Source: Trichomonas gallinae (taxonomy: Eukaryota). From it: 55,782 bases of DNA. The notes under the pieces are model-generated. The model saw only the letters and a list, made by a program, of their open reading frames with translations, had not been told where the DNA came from and did not search any database. Position numbers and translations under genes: made by a program. How positions within the stretch are numbered: position 1 is the stretch's first letter; every line of letters starts with the position of its first letter. The stretch is from positions 62,001 through 117,782 of the forward strand of contig MRSU01001922.1 in the NCBI GenBank assembly GCA_008369845.1. The letters run 5' to 3'. Below, piece after piece: positions 13,101-22,745 of this stretch.

Positions 13101-14867
13101 CTCTACCAATACTCTTCCCAAAGGCACAACTACATCTTCCATTACATCAATACTTTAACTTCCTATGCAATGGGTCAAATCAACAAATCAGTCGCCAGCG
13201 AGATCCTTGAAAACGATTTTAAGATCGTCGATAATGCCCACAAGGTCCTTATGTCCAGCGGCATCGGTTATGACGATGAACTCGATCAATTACAATTATC
13301 TGCAAAATGCAGCAACAACACCAAATCAGATGAAACAGTTTATTCAATGCGCGCCGTTTCATGCCAATCCATGGACAAGAAGGTCAACTACATCATTATT
13401 TTGATGAGGAACCAATTATTCCGTTTGGATCCAGCCAATCAGTCGTTATCTAACACAGAAGCATTCACAGAGATAATGTATTTAATGGACGACGGCCTCC
13501 TTGACCAATTAAACTCTTTCAACGACAGATTAGCAACAGAAGGCCAACAACAGGCAAACGCCATGATATCCAGGTGCAGAATCATCATCGCTGTAGGCGT
13601 CATCATCGATATCGCCGTCTTCATCATCCTATACATGTGCTACTCTCACCTGACTGTCATGTTCGAAGGCGTCAAACAGCTGATATCGCTTTTGCCGCCA
13701 AGAGCAGTCTTGTCTAACAAGATGCTCCTCGATTTGGTCCTCGGCGAAGACCCGCACCAAGACGACGCAGTGATGACATTCGGCGAAACAATGATTTCAA
13801 CATCATCAAATGTTATTTTGTCTTTGACACCAAACCTCATCATCGAGTCTGCAAACCCTGCCCTCAAGGCCGTCACAGGCTACAGCGCGGACGTCATCAA
13901 CCACCAGCCATTCACCCAGCTTCTTCCAGACGCAGGCGTCTCAGGAAACGGCCCGCTTTCTGGCGAAGAGCACACTATTTCAGTTTCAACAACACTCGGA
14001 GAGAGCGAGACGACTTTGTTCTACAAGGACATCGAGAGGATGAGGAACGACCCATCAGTGTGCAGCTTCTCGCACCAGGTCGTCTTCATCGGCGAGAGCG
14101 GCGAGGGAATCCCTGTCCAATGCACTGTCATCGCTGTGAGAAACGATGCCGGCCAACTCGTCTCCATGATCGTCGAAGCTGCTGACAGGACGAAGATCTT
14201 GGAGCAGAGGGAGCAGGCCAGGGCAGCTAAGAGGAGAGCTGCAAAGATGCTCAAGGGCATCCTCCCACTCGACGCCTACAGATCGATCAAGGCTGGCACG
14301 GAGTCAACATTCACGTCAGATTCAGTCGTCGTCAGCATGATATCTATCGAGGGCATCTCAGAGCTTATCTCAGTCATGCAGCCATCTGCTGTCATGGGAC
14401 TACTCCACGGCGTCTACCAGAGATTGGACGAGCTAAGAGGCAGGTTCACGGCCGTCGACAGGCTGACATGCGACGGAAAGTCTGTTCTTTGCATCGCCGG
14501 CTTGTTCACTCACCAGACTGACCCAGAAGCACAGGCACTGCAGTCAGTTTCCGTCTGCCTCAAGCTCAGGCAGGAAGTCGCCTCTCTTAACGAAACAGGC
14601 GGAGTCTCTCTTTGGCTCACCACAGCATGCCACGCCGGTGGCCCTGTCATTGGTTCCCTCCTTGAGCCAAAGAACCCAACATTCGGCGTCGCAGGCAAAG
14701 TCGTCGAAGAAACGATAGCAATGCTCGACGCGACACCAATAGGAACAACAGTTGTCTGCGATGAAGTTGCTTCTCGTCTGCCAACAGACAAGTTCTCCCT
14801 TGAGAATTGCAAGATCGCTGGATTTAGCTCTAAGACAGTCACACTACTTCCTAATGCAAAGATTTAA
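10125..14867 (+). CDS. Transmembrane PAS-containing adenylate/guanylate cyclase-family protein with a degenerate catalytic domain
   Basis: 1580 aa. N-terminal multi-TM block, further TM helices, a PAS-like segment (IIESANPALKAVTGYS), a coiled coil leading to MLKGILP, and a class III cyclase fold (HAGGPVIGSLL..KNPTF). Confidence 0.88.
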   Translation: MASLAPSVSVSTTNTSFSSNGSTSDEATRSKKRLESTIFPLFSEMSRFANIPRFILHIQMFISLIQAAIASLWIPSNVRWPDAPEFFKGLQSVVDFGQTISATISHTVVSAIEVAISLIILAIYVICYFSYKNKRTYQKWQLYTLRILLLIVLPLILPSVAASSAYAFVDLLSEPNAQNIVFSFLDIIMLFALGLVYYFTTGFTVKSPIVLRNNFGQWDPLLLPIFMYITLLSTFSSVFVDSFPVWISTILCLSLVAGCCYCLYKLNEFPIYRFECTIVYSIFFFFSGIAFLIAIIDTYIKIPWYCILFIPVVISPIAAICYNIFLKKRYQTIKNKLVYKAIRIGNDISDSEKTEYFDTLVFKDTKDAIRHLHIGLVERCDLLLDFSFIRYIVTNYAEKTILEAVIQIVSFFPSELQLLTSLLVNLSNMRDPSLIEQYLLYQITKIHLTRQSAVSNDARNHIAVLRNKATKTTAMVRCFWSAIATVGSKDISMETYHYIRTESLNIDSAFNDSTERFPSNSSLCEEYATFLVEALGNYHSALRWKSMAASVEIGRKIPRDPCFQSIVNVIPELLFEHCVDVNGQFIKKGPEDNASAAKSNQSFSSSSSFSSSSMSAGFEAKNEELLSNFLKDGRIRLAMQSALKKGHLRMIKSLKSFMYTSLITFLVVFIIIFIIVPYIAQSSLNNVIENQDFATATSSFIQMTTGSSFLLAKYGSNLSNPDTIIYDVKANVDKYTSVYDDLPAEGIFKATELWTHRQSLNVVKSLTSVLASVVRGDAEGDIVKEYINGSAMLSGFGNDGQITYVPMSIKGALNGVINNVKFGLGISPIQAVENQKNATFASILKTAVINGVNLPPYMLEISNLLTKSGFDNVSKVRTVIYVLSYFLPALLLIIFECFAAYVIFYFVSDLHKISVTLRTVKPDIVKESVLPIIKSTEEKPLDQGGSLNMHMSESLKSLIPFVVILYVIASCLVILFSTNIFSGLNSFQKVFTLYQYSSQRHNYIFHYINTLTSYAMGQINKSVASEILENDFKIVDNAHKVLMSSGIGYDDELDQLQLSAKCSNNTKSDETVYSMRAVSCQSMDKKVNYIIILMRNQLFRLDPANQSLSNTEAFTEIMYLMDDGLLDQLNSFNDRLATEGQQQANAMISRCRIIIAVGVIIDIAVFIILYMCYSHLTVMFEGVKQLISLLPPRAVLSNKMLLDLVLGEDPHQDDAVMTFGETMISTSSNVILSLTPNLIIESANPALKAVTGYSADVINHQPFTQLLPDAGVSGNGPLSGEEHTISVSTTLGESETTLFYKDIERMRNDPSVCSFSHQVVFIGESGEGIPVQCTVIAVRNDAGQLVSMIVEAADRTKILEQREQARAAKRRAAKMLKGILPLDAYRSIKAGTESTFTSDSVVVSMISIEGISELISVMQPSAVMGLLHGVYQRLDELRGRFTAVDRLTCDGKSVLCIAGLFTHQTDPEAQALQSVSVCLKLRQEVASLNETGGVSLWLTTACHAGGPVIGSLLEPKNPTFGVAGKVVEETIAMLDATPIGTTVVCDEVASRLPTDKFSLENCKIAGFSSKTVTLLPNAKI

Positions 14868-15891
14868 TTTATTGTCAATTTTTCTAGATAACATTATACA
14901 TCATTGTAAATTAAAAAATACCATTTAATTTTCTTTAACATGCAGCATAGTTATTTCATGATCAATTTAATATTTCAGCTCAAGTAATTATTTGAGTTGA
15001 GTTATTGACTAATGTCTATTCTTCTACATAATCTATCATTTTGTATTCTTTGATTCTTTCAACCAATCTATTTATCATTGATTCGTAATTTCACAGGTTA
15101 ATCAATTGCTTGCAGCTTTACAATGCATGTTTTGTTTCACTTTTGGTGATAATTATATGAAGCAGAAATCAAAGCTGTGCAGTAGTTATAATATCATCAC
15201 TTTTATTTCCATCTTTTTTAAGTACTGTAAGATAGCGATTATATAATAGTGTATATGATTCATTAGCTCCATTAACTTGCAAAACTCCAAAATGTCGAAA
15301 TTATCTATGATAATATTATGAAATTGATTATTGTATATTAACAACAATCGATAAAAAACTCTATAATAATATCAACAGCGTTTATTTTCCATTAATATTT
15401 TATGAAACAAAATATTATGTACAGTGAGTGCTACTAACAACGACAATAAACTAATTCATCTTGTATTCAATGATTTTACATTTTACAGGCTTTAAATTTT
15501 ATAATCATATTTGCTCAATTTTTATAATCATTTTTTATGAACATATTTAATGCAAAATTCATCACTAATCTCATATGTGAGTAGTTATACAAAACCATCA
15601 AAAATAAACTGAACAATATTTTAACATCTTTTTTTCATGCATAATTTTGGCCAAAAACTTGTTAATCACATACTATTGTGCCCATATTAATAATATAAAA
15701 ATGCTAAATGGCTGTATTATAAACGAATACTGCAAATAAAGTTGATCAATCTAATTTTATGATATAAAGTCGATTTTTAGTGAAAAATATAATTTATTAA
15801 CTATAAAAAGCCCCAAAAACAAAAAATCGAGTCAAAATAATTTTTTTGTAAGAAATTGTAAAAAAAATATTTACAACATTAATTTAGAAAA

Positions 15892-18800
15892 ATGGAGAAA
15901 AACTCGGGTTCGTTCGAGGGACGTGGTAATCTAGACCAATTATCACGCGTTCACCCTCTCATCCAGGCCGCGGGTCTCCTACTGCAGCAAAATTCCCACC
16001 TCATCGCTAATAACCAACCGTTAAAACCAGAAACATTCACTTCGATTAACGAACAGGTCCAAAGCGCGCTCGAAACATCAAAAACAACAGCTAAAGCTTA
16101 CATTAGCAATCCAAATTCGTTCCAGGATCCATTAATTTTGTGCGCGGCATTAAATATTTTGCTACAGACGCAGACTGAGCAGCTAAACAAGGCAAAAGAA
16201 TCATTAGAAGAAGCCAAAGGCGAGAACCGTGCACTCAACGAGAAAAATAACGCTCTCGAAGCTAACGTTTCCGACTTAATGCAGCAGCTTAACAGCTTAA
16301 AGGGAACTCCATCGCTCGAAAGACAACTAAACGACACAAAACAAGACCTACAGGATACAAAAACCGCCATCAAGATGCAACAGACAAAATATCAGAATGA
16401 AATTGAGCAATTGAAGCAAAAGATCCAGGAAGGCAAGACCAAGTACGAGGAATCGGAGGCGCAAATTTCCAAGATGCAACAAGAAGAAAACAAGACAAAA
16501 CGTGAAGTTCTTAAAAATTTCCAAGCAATTGCTGACGCTTTCGACGTCCCTGTTACTCAGGATGGCAACGCGATGGTCTCTTCCATAAAACAAAGGCTTC
16601 TTCTTGAACCAACGGAAGAAAATATTGTTGACGCGATTTTGACTCAAATTCGCACAGTTTCGCAGAAATACAACCAGTTACTCGCTAAATTCAACGTTGG
16701 CGCTAACTCCGAGAACGTTCAGGCTGAAATTATCAAAGTTGTTGAAAATTCTCACTCTAGAGCAATTTTGACACAGCTCAGACAAGATTATGATATTGAT
16801 CCATCGATTACTGATGTCGTTGATGCAGTTCATTCAATCCAATCTTGCCCAGCAACAATTGTTGCCGATATTGTTCAAGAATTCAATCTTCCAGAGGATA
16901 CAACACCAGAAAACATCGTCGACGTCTTGAGAGAGCACTTCGCAGGCTCGTTCCATGAAGAGGAAGAGATTTCTCCGGAACATCAAGCCCTTAGACAGGA
17001 GAATGAGCAGCTCAAGCAGAAACAAAAGATCCAGGAAATGCTCTTGTCAATAATTGCAACAGAACCAGTCGTTTATGAACAATTCGATGATAATCAAGTC
17101 AGCGAACGCGAGCTTCAAATCGAGCAAGAGGCCGCGGAAAACCTTCAGCACATCTCGAACATCGCATCAGACCTCGATTCTGCTCAGAAAGAGCTTCAGA
17201 ATTACGAAAAGATTCTCCAAGAGAACCAAAAGAAGCTCGAAGAGCTCCAGAGAACAAAGGACGAGCAGATTGCTGCCGCCAAGCGCGAAATCCGTAACCA
17301 ATACAAGGCTAGAGTCGAAAAGCTCGAAGGCATTGTTAATGCGTTAACACCAAACGAGCAGATCATCGAACAATTGAAGCGCAAAGCGAAGACACTCGTC
17401 AAGGAGAGAGACACACTCACACAAAAGGCCGCTGAATACGAACAAACGATCGAAGATTTGACATCATCCAAGGAAGACCTCAACAAACAGCTCAATGAGC
17501 AATTGGAGGCCAACGAGAATCTCAGGGGCGAGAACAACAAGCTCCAGCAGACACTCGCAGTCACTCAGCAGCTCGTAATCGCGGCTGGCGAGAAATCAGA
17601 AGCCAACGACAAGTACCAGAACGTCATCGCTGAGCTTTCCAACAACAACCAGCAGACAACAGAGGAGCTCGCTGAACACGCACAGCAGCGCAACGCTTTA
17701 TTCGCTCTTGTCCACAAGCAGCAGCAGCTCATTGTCGCTCTTGAAGAAAGCTTGCAGCGCAAGATCCTCAAGCAGCAGGAGCACAACCCAGAAGAAGAAG
17801 ACGCCATCAGAAACAGAGACATCACAGTCGAGGACGTCGAAGATGACAGCATCTCCACAGCTCTCAGCGAAGTCCCACTCACAGGCAGAGAAGACGATCT
17901 CCACGACTTGGAGCAGATAATGAAGAGCGACGAGAAGCCAAAGGAGAGAGACCTCAGGGCAATGATCTTGATGCTCACTAAGCTCAACGAGGACAGCGCA
18001 ACAATCGAGAAGATGAAGGAGGAGGCAAAGGACTTCTCTGACAAGAAGGAGATAATCAAGAAGCTCCAGCAGATGCTCCACCAGCAGCTTATGTTCATCG
18101 AAAGAATCCTTCAGTCCGGAGACAATAGCGTCCCAGAAGACATGAGACAGTCAATGACAGAGAACGTCGCAAGGATCCACGACTACCTTTCATCAGAAGG
18201 CGCCGCATTCGCTGAAGAGCAGTCTCTCTTCGACTTGCTCGGACTCAAGGCAGACCCACTCGAGCTCAAGGAAGGCATCGAGAAACTCTTTAGCGAGTAC
18301 GAAGAGATTGAGTCAGACGACGGAATCAAGCTCCTCGTCTTGCTCCGCCAGGCAATCACAGCCAGCTTGGTCCTCAAGAGACTTGCAACAGAGGCAACAA
18401 AGCAGTGCCAGAGAAACGCAAACGAGCTCAAGCTTCTCAAGGCTGACATGGAGAACTTCAGACAGGACGTCATGAAGCGCGCAGAGAGCAAGGAAAGTGA
18501 GGCAGAGCTTGTCTTCAAGGAAGTCACAGAGAAGCGTGAAGAACTCGAGAGAAAGCAGAAGGGCATCCAGAACATCTTGAGATCGAACATCACAAACCCA
18601 GACGCTTTGTCTGCCATCGACCAGTGCATCGAGCAGCTTAACGAAGGCGCCGAATTCCAGCTCGACGAAGGCGAATACCAGAAGACAGTCGAGATGGAGT
18701 TAGTCGAGCACAGGAAGAAGCTCCAGGAGGCAACAGAGCAGCTCACTCAAACACAGACAGAACTCGACGAGCTCAGACAGACAACAACAAGAGAAATCGA

Positions 18801-20271
18801 GGAAGTCCACGCTGCTTCAGGCCAGCTCCAGGAAGAGGCACAGACAGTCATACAGACACAGGGTGAGGAACTCATGAAGCTCAGAGACGACTTGAAGGGC
18901 GCCAAGGAGCAGTTTGAGAAGATGAAGACAGAGTTTGCTTCTCTCAACACAGCCAACCAGGAACTCAAGGCACAGGCCGCCAACGAAAAGAAGCGCGCCG
19001 ATGCTGCTGAGAAGGCCAAGGAGGAGGAAGTCAACAGGATCAAGGAGAAGGCAGCACAGAAAGTAGACAAGGTCATGAAGATTCTCGCACAGGAGCAGAA
19101 AGTCAGGATCGACAAACTCGCTGCAAGGATCAAGGCAGTACAGAGAGAGCTCAAGATGAGAGACGAAGAGATCCAGAAGCGCGACGACATCATCGCCCAC
19201 CAGAACGAGTCCAACGAGAAGCTCTCGCAGAACTGCACACAGATCGAAGAAGAGATGCAGCAGACGAAGGAGGAGCACGAGCAAGTCTTGTCAGAACTTA
19301 GAAACCAGGTCAACTCTCTCCAGGACCAGAACAAGTCCCTCGAGCTCGAGAAGAAGGTCCTCCAGAACACAATCAAGACACAGGAAGACAAGGCAAAGCG
19401 TGACAAGCAGAACCAGGACAGCCAGAGCCAGTTGAGACAGTTCAAGCAGGAGGCTGAAACACAGAAGAAGATCGACGCAATCAACGACGAATACACGAAC
19501 AAGAACAAGGAGTTCATCAGGCAGATCTACTCCACATTCCCAGAAAACGCCGACTTTACAAGGCCACTCAACAACGCTTCTGCAATCAAACTGCTCGAAG
19601 AAGTCTCAGAGAAGATGAAGTTGCTTCAGAGAGACGCAGACAAGACAGAGGACTTGGAGCGCCAGATCAAGGAAGTCAGAAATATCACAAACTGCCCGAA
19701 GGGAATGAGAACATCAGCCGCAATCGCTGACATCATGGAGACAGTCAAGGAGCAGAACGAGAAGATTTCTCAGCTCGAACAAGTCAAGTTGCAGCAGTCT
19801 CCATCCAAGGCACAGCAGCTTAACAACGAGTGGGAGGACTGGGCCAAGAGAATGCACAAGGTCATCGCATCAAATGTCGCCTTGCCACAGGATATGACTA
19901 AGCTCCGCACAGAACTCGAGACGGCCTTGTTCGCATCAACATCCGACAAGACATTGATGAGCAAGATGGAAATCCTCAGAGCACAGAAGAAGATCTTCTC
20001 AGCTAAGGCAGAAGCACTCCAGGACCAGCAACAGCAGCAGTCTCAGAAGTCATTCCTTTCAATCGTCTGCCTGTTGATGTTCACAAGAAGAGTCCAGAAG
20101 CTCGCTAAGACTTTGCCAGTTGAGTTGTCATACAAGCCACCGACAGATGAGGTCCAGCAGAAGCCAGAGAGCCCAATGAAGTCACAGAGCCCACGTAAGT
20201 CGCAGCCATCATCACCACGCAACAACAGCAAGTCCATCTCATCTGTATTTGGTGCCTCTGTTTTGAATTAA
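15892..20271 (+). CDS. Large coiled-coil protein (possibly cytoskeletal)
   Basis: 1459-aa ORF of E/Q/K/L-rich heptads with strong coding-type codon bias and an SP-rich C-terminal tail. Confidence 0.85.
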   Translation: MEKNSGSFEGRGNLDQLSRVHPLIQAAGLLLQQNSHLIANNQPLKPETFTSINEQVQSALETSKTTAKAYISNPNSFQDPLILCAALNILLQTQTEQLNKAKESLEEAKGENRALNEKNNALEANVSDLMQQLNSLKGTPSLERQLNDTKQDLQDTKTAIKMQQTKYQNEIEQLKQKIQEGKTKYEESEAQISKMQQEENKTKREVLKNFQAIADAFDVPVTQDGNAMVSSIKQRLLLEPTEENIVDAILTQIRTVSQKYNQLLAKFNVGANSENVQAEIIKVVENSHSRAILTQLRQDYDIDPSITDVVDAVHSIQSCPATIVADIVQEFNLPEDTTPENIVDVLREHFAGSFHEEEEISPEHQALRQENEQLKQKQKIQEMLLSIIATEPVVYEQFDDNQVSERELQIEQEAAENLQHISNIASDLDSAQKELQNYEKILQENQKKLEELQRTKDEQIAAAKREIRNQYKARVEKLEGIVNALTPNEQIIEQLKRKAKTLVKERDTLTQKAAEYEQTIEDLTSSKEDLNKQLNEQLEANENLRGENNKLQQTLAVTQQLVIAAGEKSEANDKYQNVIAELSNNNQQTTEELAEHAQQRNALFALVHKQQQLIVALEESLQRKILKQQEHNPEEEDAIRNRDITVEDVEDDSISTALSEVPLTGREDDLHDLEQIMKSDEKPKERDLRAMILMLTKLNEDSATIEKMKEEAKDFSDKKEIIKKLQQMLHQQLMFIERILQSGDNSVPEDMRQSMTENVARIHDYLSSEGAAFAEEQSLFDLLGLKADPLELKEGIEKLFSEYEEIESDDGIKLLVLLRQAITASLVLKRLATEATKQCQRNANELKLLKADMENFRQDVMKRAESKESEAELVFKEVTEKREELERKQKGIQNILRSNITNPDALSAIDQCIEQLNEGAEFQLDEGEYQKTVEMELVEHRKKLQEATEQLTQTQTELDELRQTTTREIEEVHAASGQLQEEAQTVIQTQGEELMKLRDDLKGAKEQFEKMKTEFASLNTANQELKAQAANEKKRADAAEKAKEEEVNRIKEKAAQKVDKVMKILAQEQKVRIDKLAARIKAVQRELKMRDEEIQKRDDIIAHQNESNEKLSQNCTQIEEEMQQTKEEHEQVLSELRNQVNSLQDQNKSLELEKKVLQNTIKTQEDKAKRDKQNQDSQSQLRQFKQEAETQKKIDAINDEYTNKNKEFIRQIYSTFPENADFTRPLNNASAIKLLEEVSEKMKLLQRDADKTEDLERQIKEVRNITNCPKGMRTSAAIADIMETVKEQNEKISQLEQVKLQQSPSKAQQLNNEWEDWAKRMHKVIASNVALPQDMTKLRTELETALFASTSDKTLMSKMEILRAQKKIFSAKAEALQDQQQQQSQKSFLSIVCLLMFTRRVQKLAKTLPVELSYKPPTDEVQQKPESPMKSQSPRKSQPSSPRNNSKSISSVFGASVLN

Positions 20272-20819
20272 GAATATTTTTTTATATTTATTTGATTTTG
20301 AGAAATAATAAAAAACTATTTTTTTGGATCCATATCAATAATTTTTTCATCATTTCATCATCCAATTCTTTGTGAATATTAAATTTAATTCGAATATAGA
20401 AAACAAACCTTTGATAATATTTTAATCCAAATATTTCTCTTAACTTATCTATTTTTACGTCGATATCTTAAAAATCTTACATTAGTAATAATAATATTCG
20501 TTTGAAATTATAAATCATGCATAAGATATAGAATTATGCACACAAATATTATTAGTATGTAATGAGATATAATGTATTACTACACATAGATGTTTAATTA
20601 GTATGAATAATTAATTGTTTGAAACGGTTGCTTTTTCATGATGACTGAAATTCATATGATTTGGAGAAAATGAATGAAATGAAATTTCAAAAATATATAA
20701 ATTCTATGATATTAAAATTTTAATGATACGTATATATTTAGTAACTAATATACTTATTATTACAAATATTAAAAAGACCCAAAATCGATTATTTTGTTGA
20801 AAAATTGAAGAAAGAAATC

Positions 20820-22745
20820 ATGACGATACAGGAGGTTTGGTCTGACAAAATGCAAGCAAATAAAGATTCGATTATTTACACATTGGATCAATTTAACCTT
20901 GGTCCATTCAAAACGAACAGTTTTGGCACAGTTATCGTGTGCCAAGCAGTTAAAACAGGCGAATATTATTGCATTGCATTTATATTAAATTTATTTATCG
21001 ACAGAAGATTTATACAAGATCCAAATCTATTTGCAGAGAAAATACGCATGCTAGCACAGATAAATCACCCGGCAATTAGGAAAGTTTGCGGTTTAATTTT
21101 TCCTGGAGAAAAGAATCGACTTCACCACGCTATAATTTTAGGAAATGATGGCGTCTGCGAACTTAAAAAGATATTTGACAAAAAATTCGAACACTTTAAA
21201 GAAATGGAATGGGATAATACAAGAAAATCAATAACGATTATTGGAATTGCAGCAGCTTTGAGATATTTACACACTCTAGGAATATACCATACAACACTAG
21301 CACCATGGCATATAAGTTTTAATCTAAAATTCGAACCAATTATTGATGGATTATATTGTACAGTGGCAGTTCCTCATAACCAACTGTATGTTGAGACTGC
21401 CTGCTACGAAAACTATATTCCTAGAGAGGATGTTTCGGAAAAATTTGATATATATTCATTTGGTGCTCTTGCGTTTCAAATATTAACAGGACAACAATAC
21501 AAAGTTAAAGCATTTCCCATAAAATTCCCGAATGACTGGGCTCTTTTGATTTTGAAGTGTTTATCTAAAAATCCAAATGAAAGACCAACAATTGATGAGC
21601 TTTGCCGCCAAATAGATAATGGTCTACTCATTGAAGGCGATTCTAGAGCAATTGCAGACTATAAACAAAGAGTTAAATTAATTCCAACAGATTCTCCACC
21701 AGTTGCAGCTCCAAAAACAGAAGAAAAATTAGACCCTAACAATCCAACAGAGCTTTATAACTACGCCATGCAACTTGACAAAACTCCAACAGATAATCCC
21801 GCAAAACGCGACCAAAAGTGCTCTTCTCTGCTCCTAAGAGCAGCACAATGCGGAAATACAGACGCACAGTTCGCAATCGCAGCAAGATTCCTTGAAGGCA
21901 AAGGAATTTTAAGGAGCCCACATCACGCGGAAAGATTTTTCACTCAGGCGGCTGAAGGCGGCAACACACTGGCGATGAGTGCATTAGCAAGAATAAGGGC
22001 AGCAGCAGGTCGAAGCAAAGAGTGCATAGAATTGTTGACGATGGCAGGCGAGAAAGATTTAGAAGCAAGAGTAGATCTGGCTGAATATTTAATGCTCACT
22101 GATCCACAAAAAGCAATAGAACTACTTAAAAGCACTGATACGCCTCGTGCTAAACTAATTCTCGCGAAAATGGCCTACAATGACATGATAAGCGAGCACG
22201 AGGATGGCCTGGCAATGCTAAAGATCTGCGCTGAAGACGGAAACTCAGACGCACAATTCGAATATGCATTAGCTTTGGCAGACTCGAAAAGATTCGCAGA
22301 AGCGTCAACATATCTCAAGCTTGCTGCAAGCGCCGGCCACGCAGGTGCCATTTACAAACTGGCGAAGCTGGAGGGCAACCAGAGAGCCATTGTGGAAGCT
22401 GCTGAACTCGGCTGCGTTGAAGCTATGCTCGATGTTGCTGAGACTGCGAAAACGATCGAAGACAAGTCAAGATATCTAAGGTGCGCCGCTGTCAGAGGCT
22501 CGCCGATCGCTAAGTACAAGTTCGGAAAGATGATGTATGACGGTGTCATTTCGAGGAACATGAAGGATGGAGTGACACTCATGAAGGCGGCCGCAGACGA
22601 CGGAATAATTGATGCTGCAAAAGAAGTCGCGAATGCTTACAGAAACGGCTTAGGCGTTCCTCAAAATATCCAACTTGCAGAAGTTTACGAGAAAATGGTT
22701 AACAATACAACAGAACCAAGCAATAGCGACACTGAACAGGAATAG
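20820..22745 (+). CDS. Kinase-like (probable pseudokinase) domain fused to Sel1-like repeats
   Basis: The first ATG is at 20820 (the track starts at a TTG). Kinase scaffold: HPAI, WDNTRKSITIIGIAAALRYLH, DIYSFG, CLSKNPNERP. Sel1 repeats: AAQCGNTDAQF, AEDGNSDAQFEYA, YRNGLGVPQN. Confidence 0.85.
   Translation: MTIQEVWSDKMQANKDSIIYTLDQFNLGPFKTNSFGTVIVCQAVKTGEYYCIAFILNLFIDRRFIQDPNLFAEKIRMLAQINHPAIRKVCGLIFPGEKNRLHHAIILGNDGVCELKKIFDKKFEHFKEMEWDNTRKSITIIGIAAALRYLHTLGIYHTTLAPWHISFNLKFEPIIDGLYCTVAVPHNQLYVETACYENYIPREDVSEKFDIYSFGALAFQILTGQQYKVKAFPIKFPNDWALLILKCLSKNPNERPTIDELCRQIDNGLLIEGDSRAIADYKQRVKLIPTDSPPVAAPKTEEKLDPNNPTELYNYAMQLDKTPTDNPAKRDQKCSSLLLRAAQCGNTDAQFAIAARFLEGKGILRSPHHAERFFTQAAEGGNTLAMSALARIRAAAGRSKECIELLTMAGEKDLEARVDLAEYLMLTDPQKAIELLKSTDTPRAKLILAKMAYNDMISEHEDGLAMLKICAEDGNSDAQFEYALALADSKRFAEASTYLKLAASAGHAGAIYKLAKLEGNQRAIVEAAELGCVEAMLDVAETAKTIEDKSRYLRCAAVRGSPIAKYKFGKMMYDGVISRNMKDGVTLMKAAADDGIIDAAKEVANAYRNGLGVPQNIQLAEVYEKMVNNTTEPSNSDTEQE

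Noticed and set aside
16098..20237. Many long antisense and alternate-frame ORFs (up to 256 aa) inside the coiled-coil gene, and similar ones in the cyclase, SOD, calpain and Raptor genes
   Set aside because: These are shadows of biased codon usage: few TTA/CTA/TCA codons means few antisense stops. The peptides are S/L/F low-complexity with no motifs.
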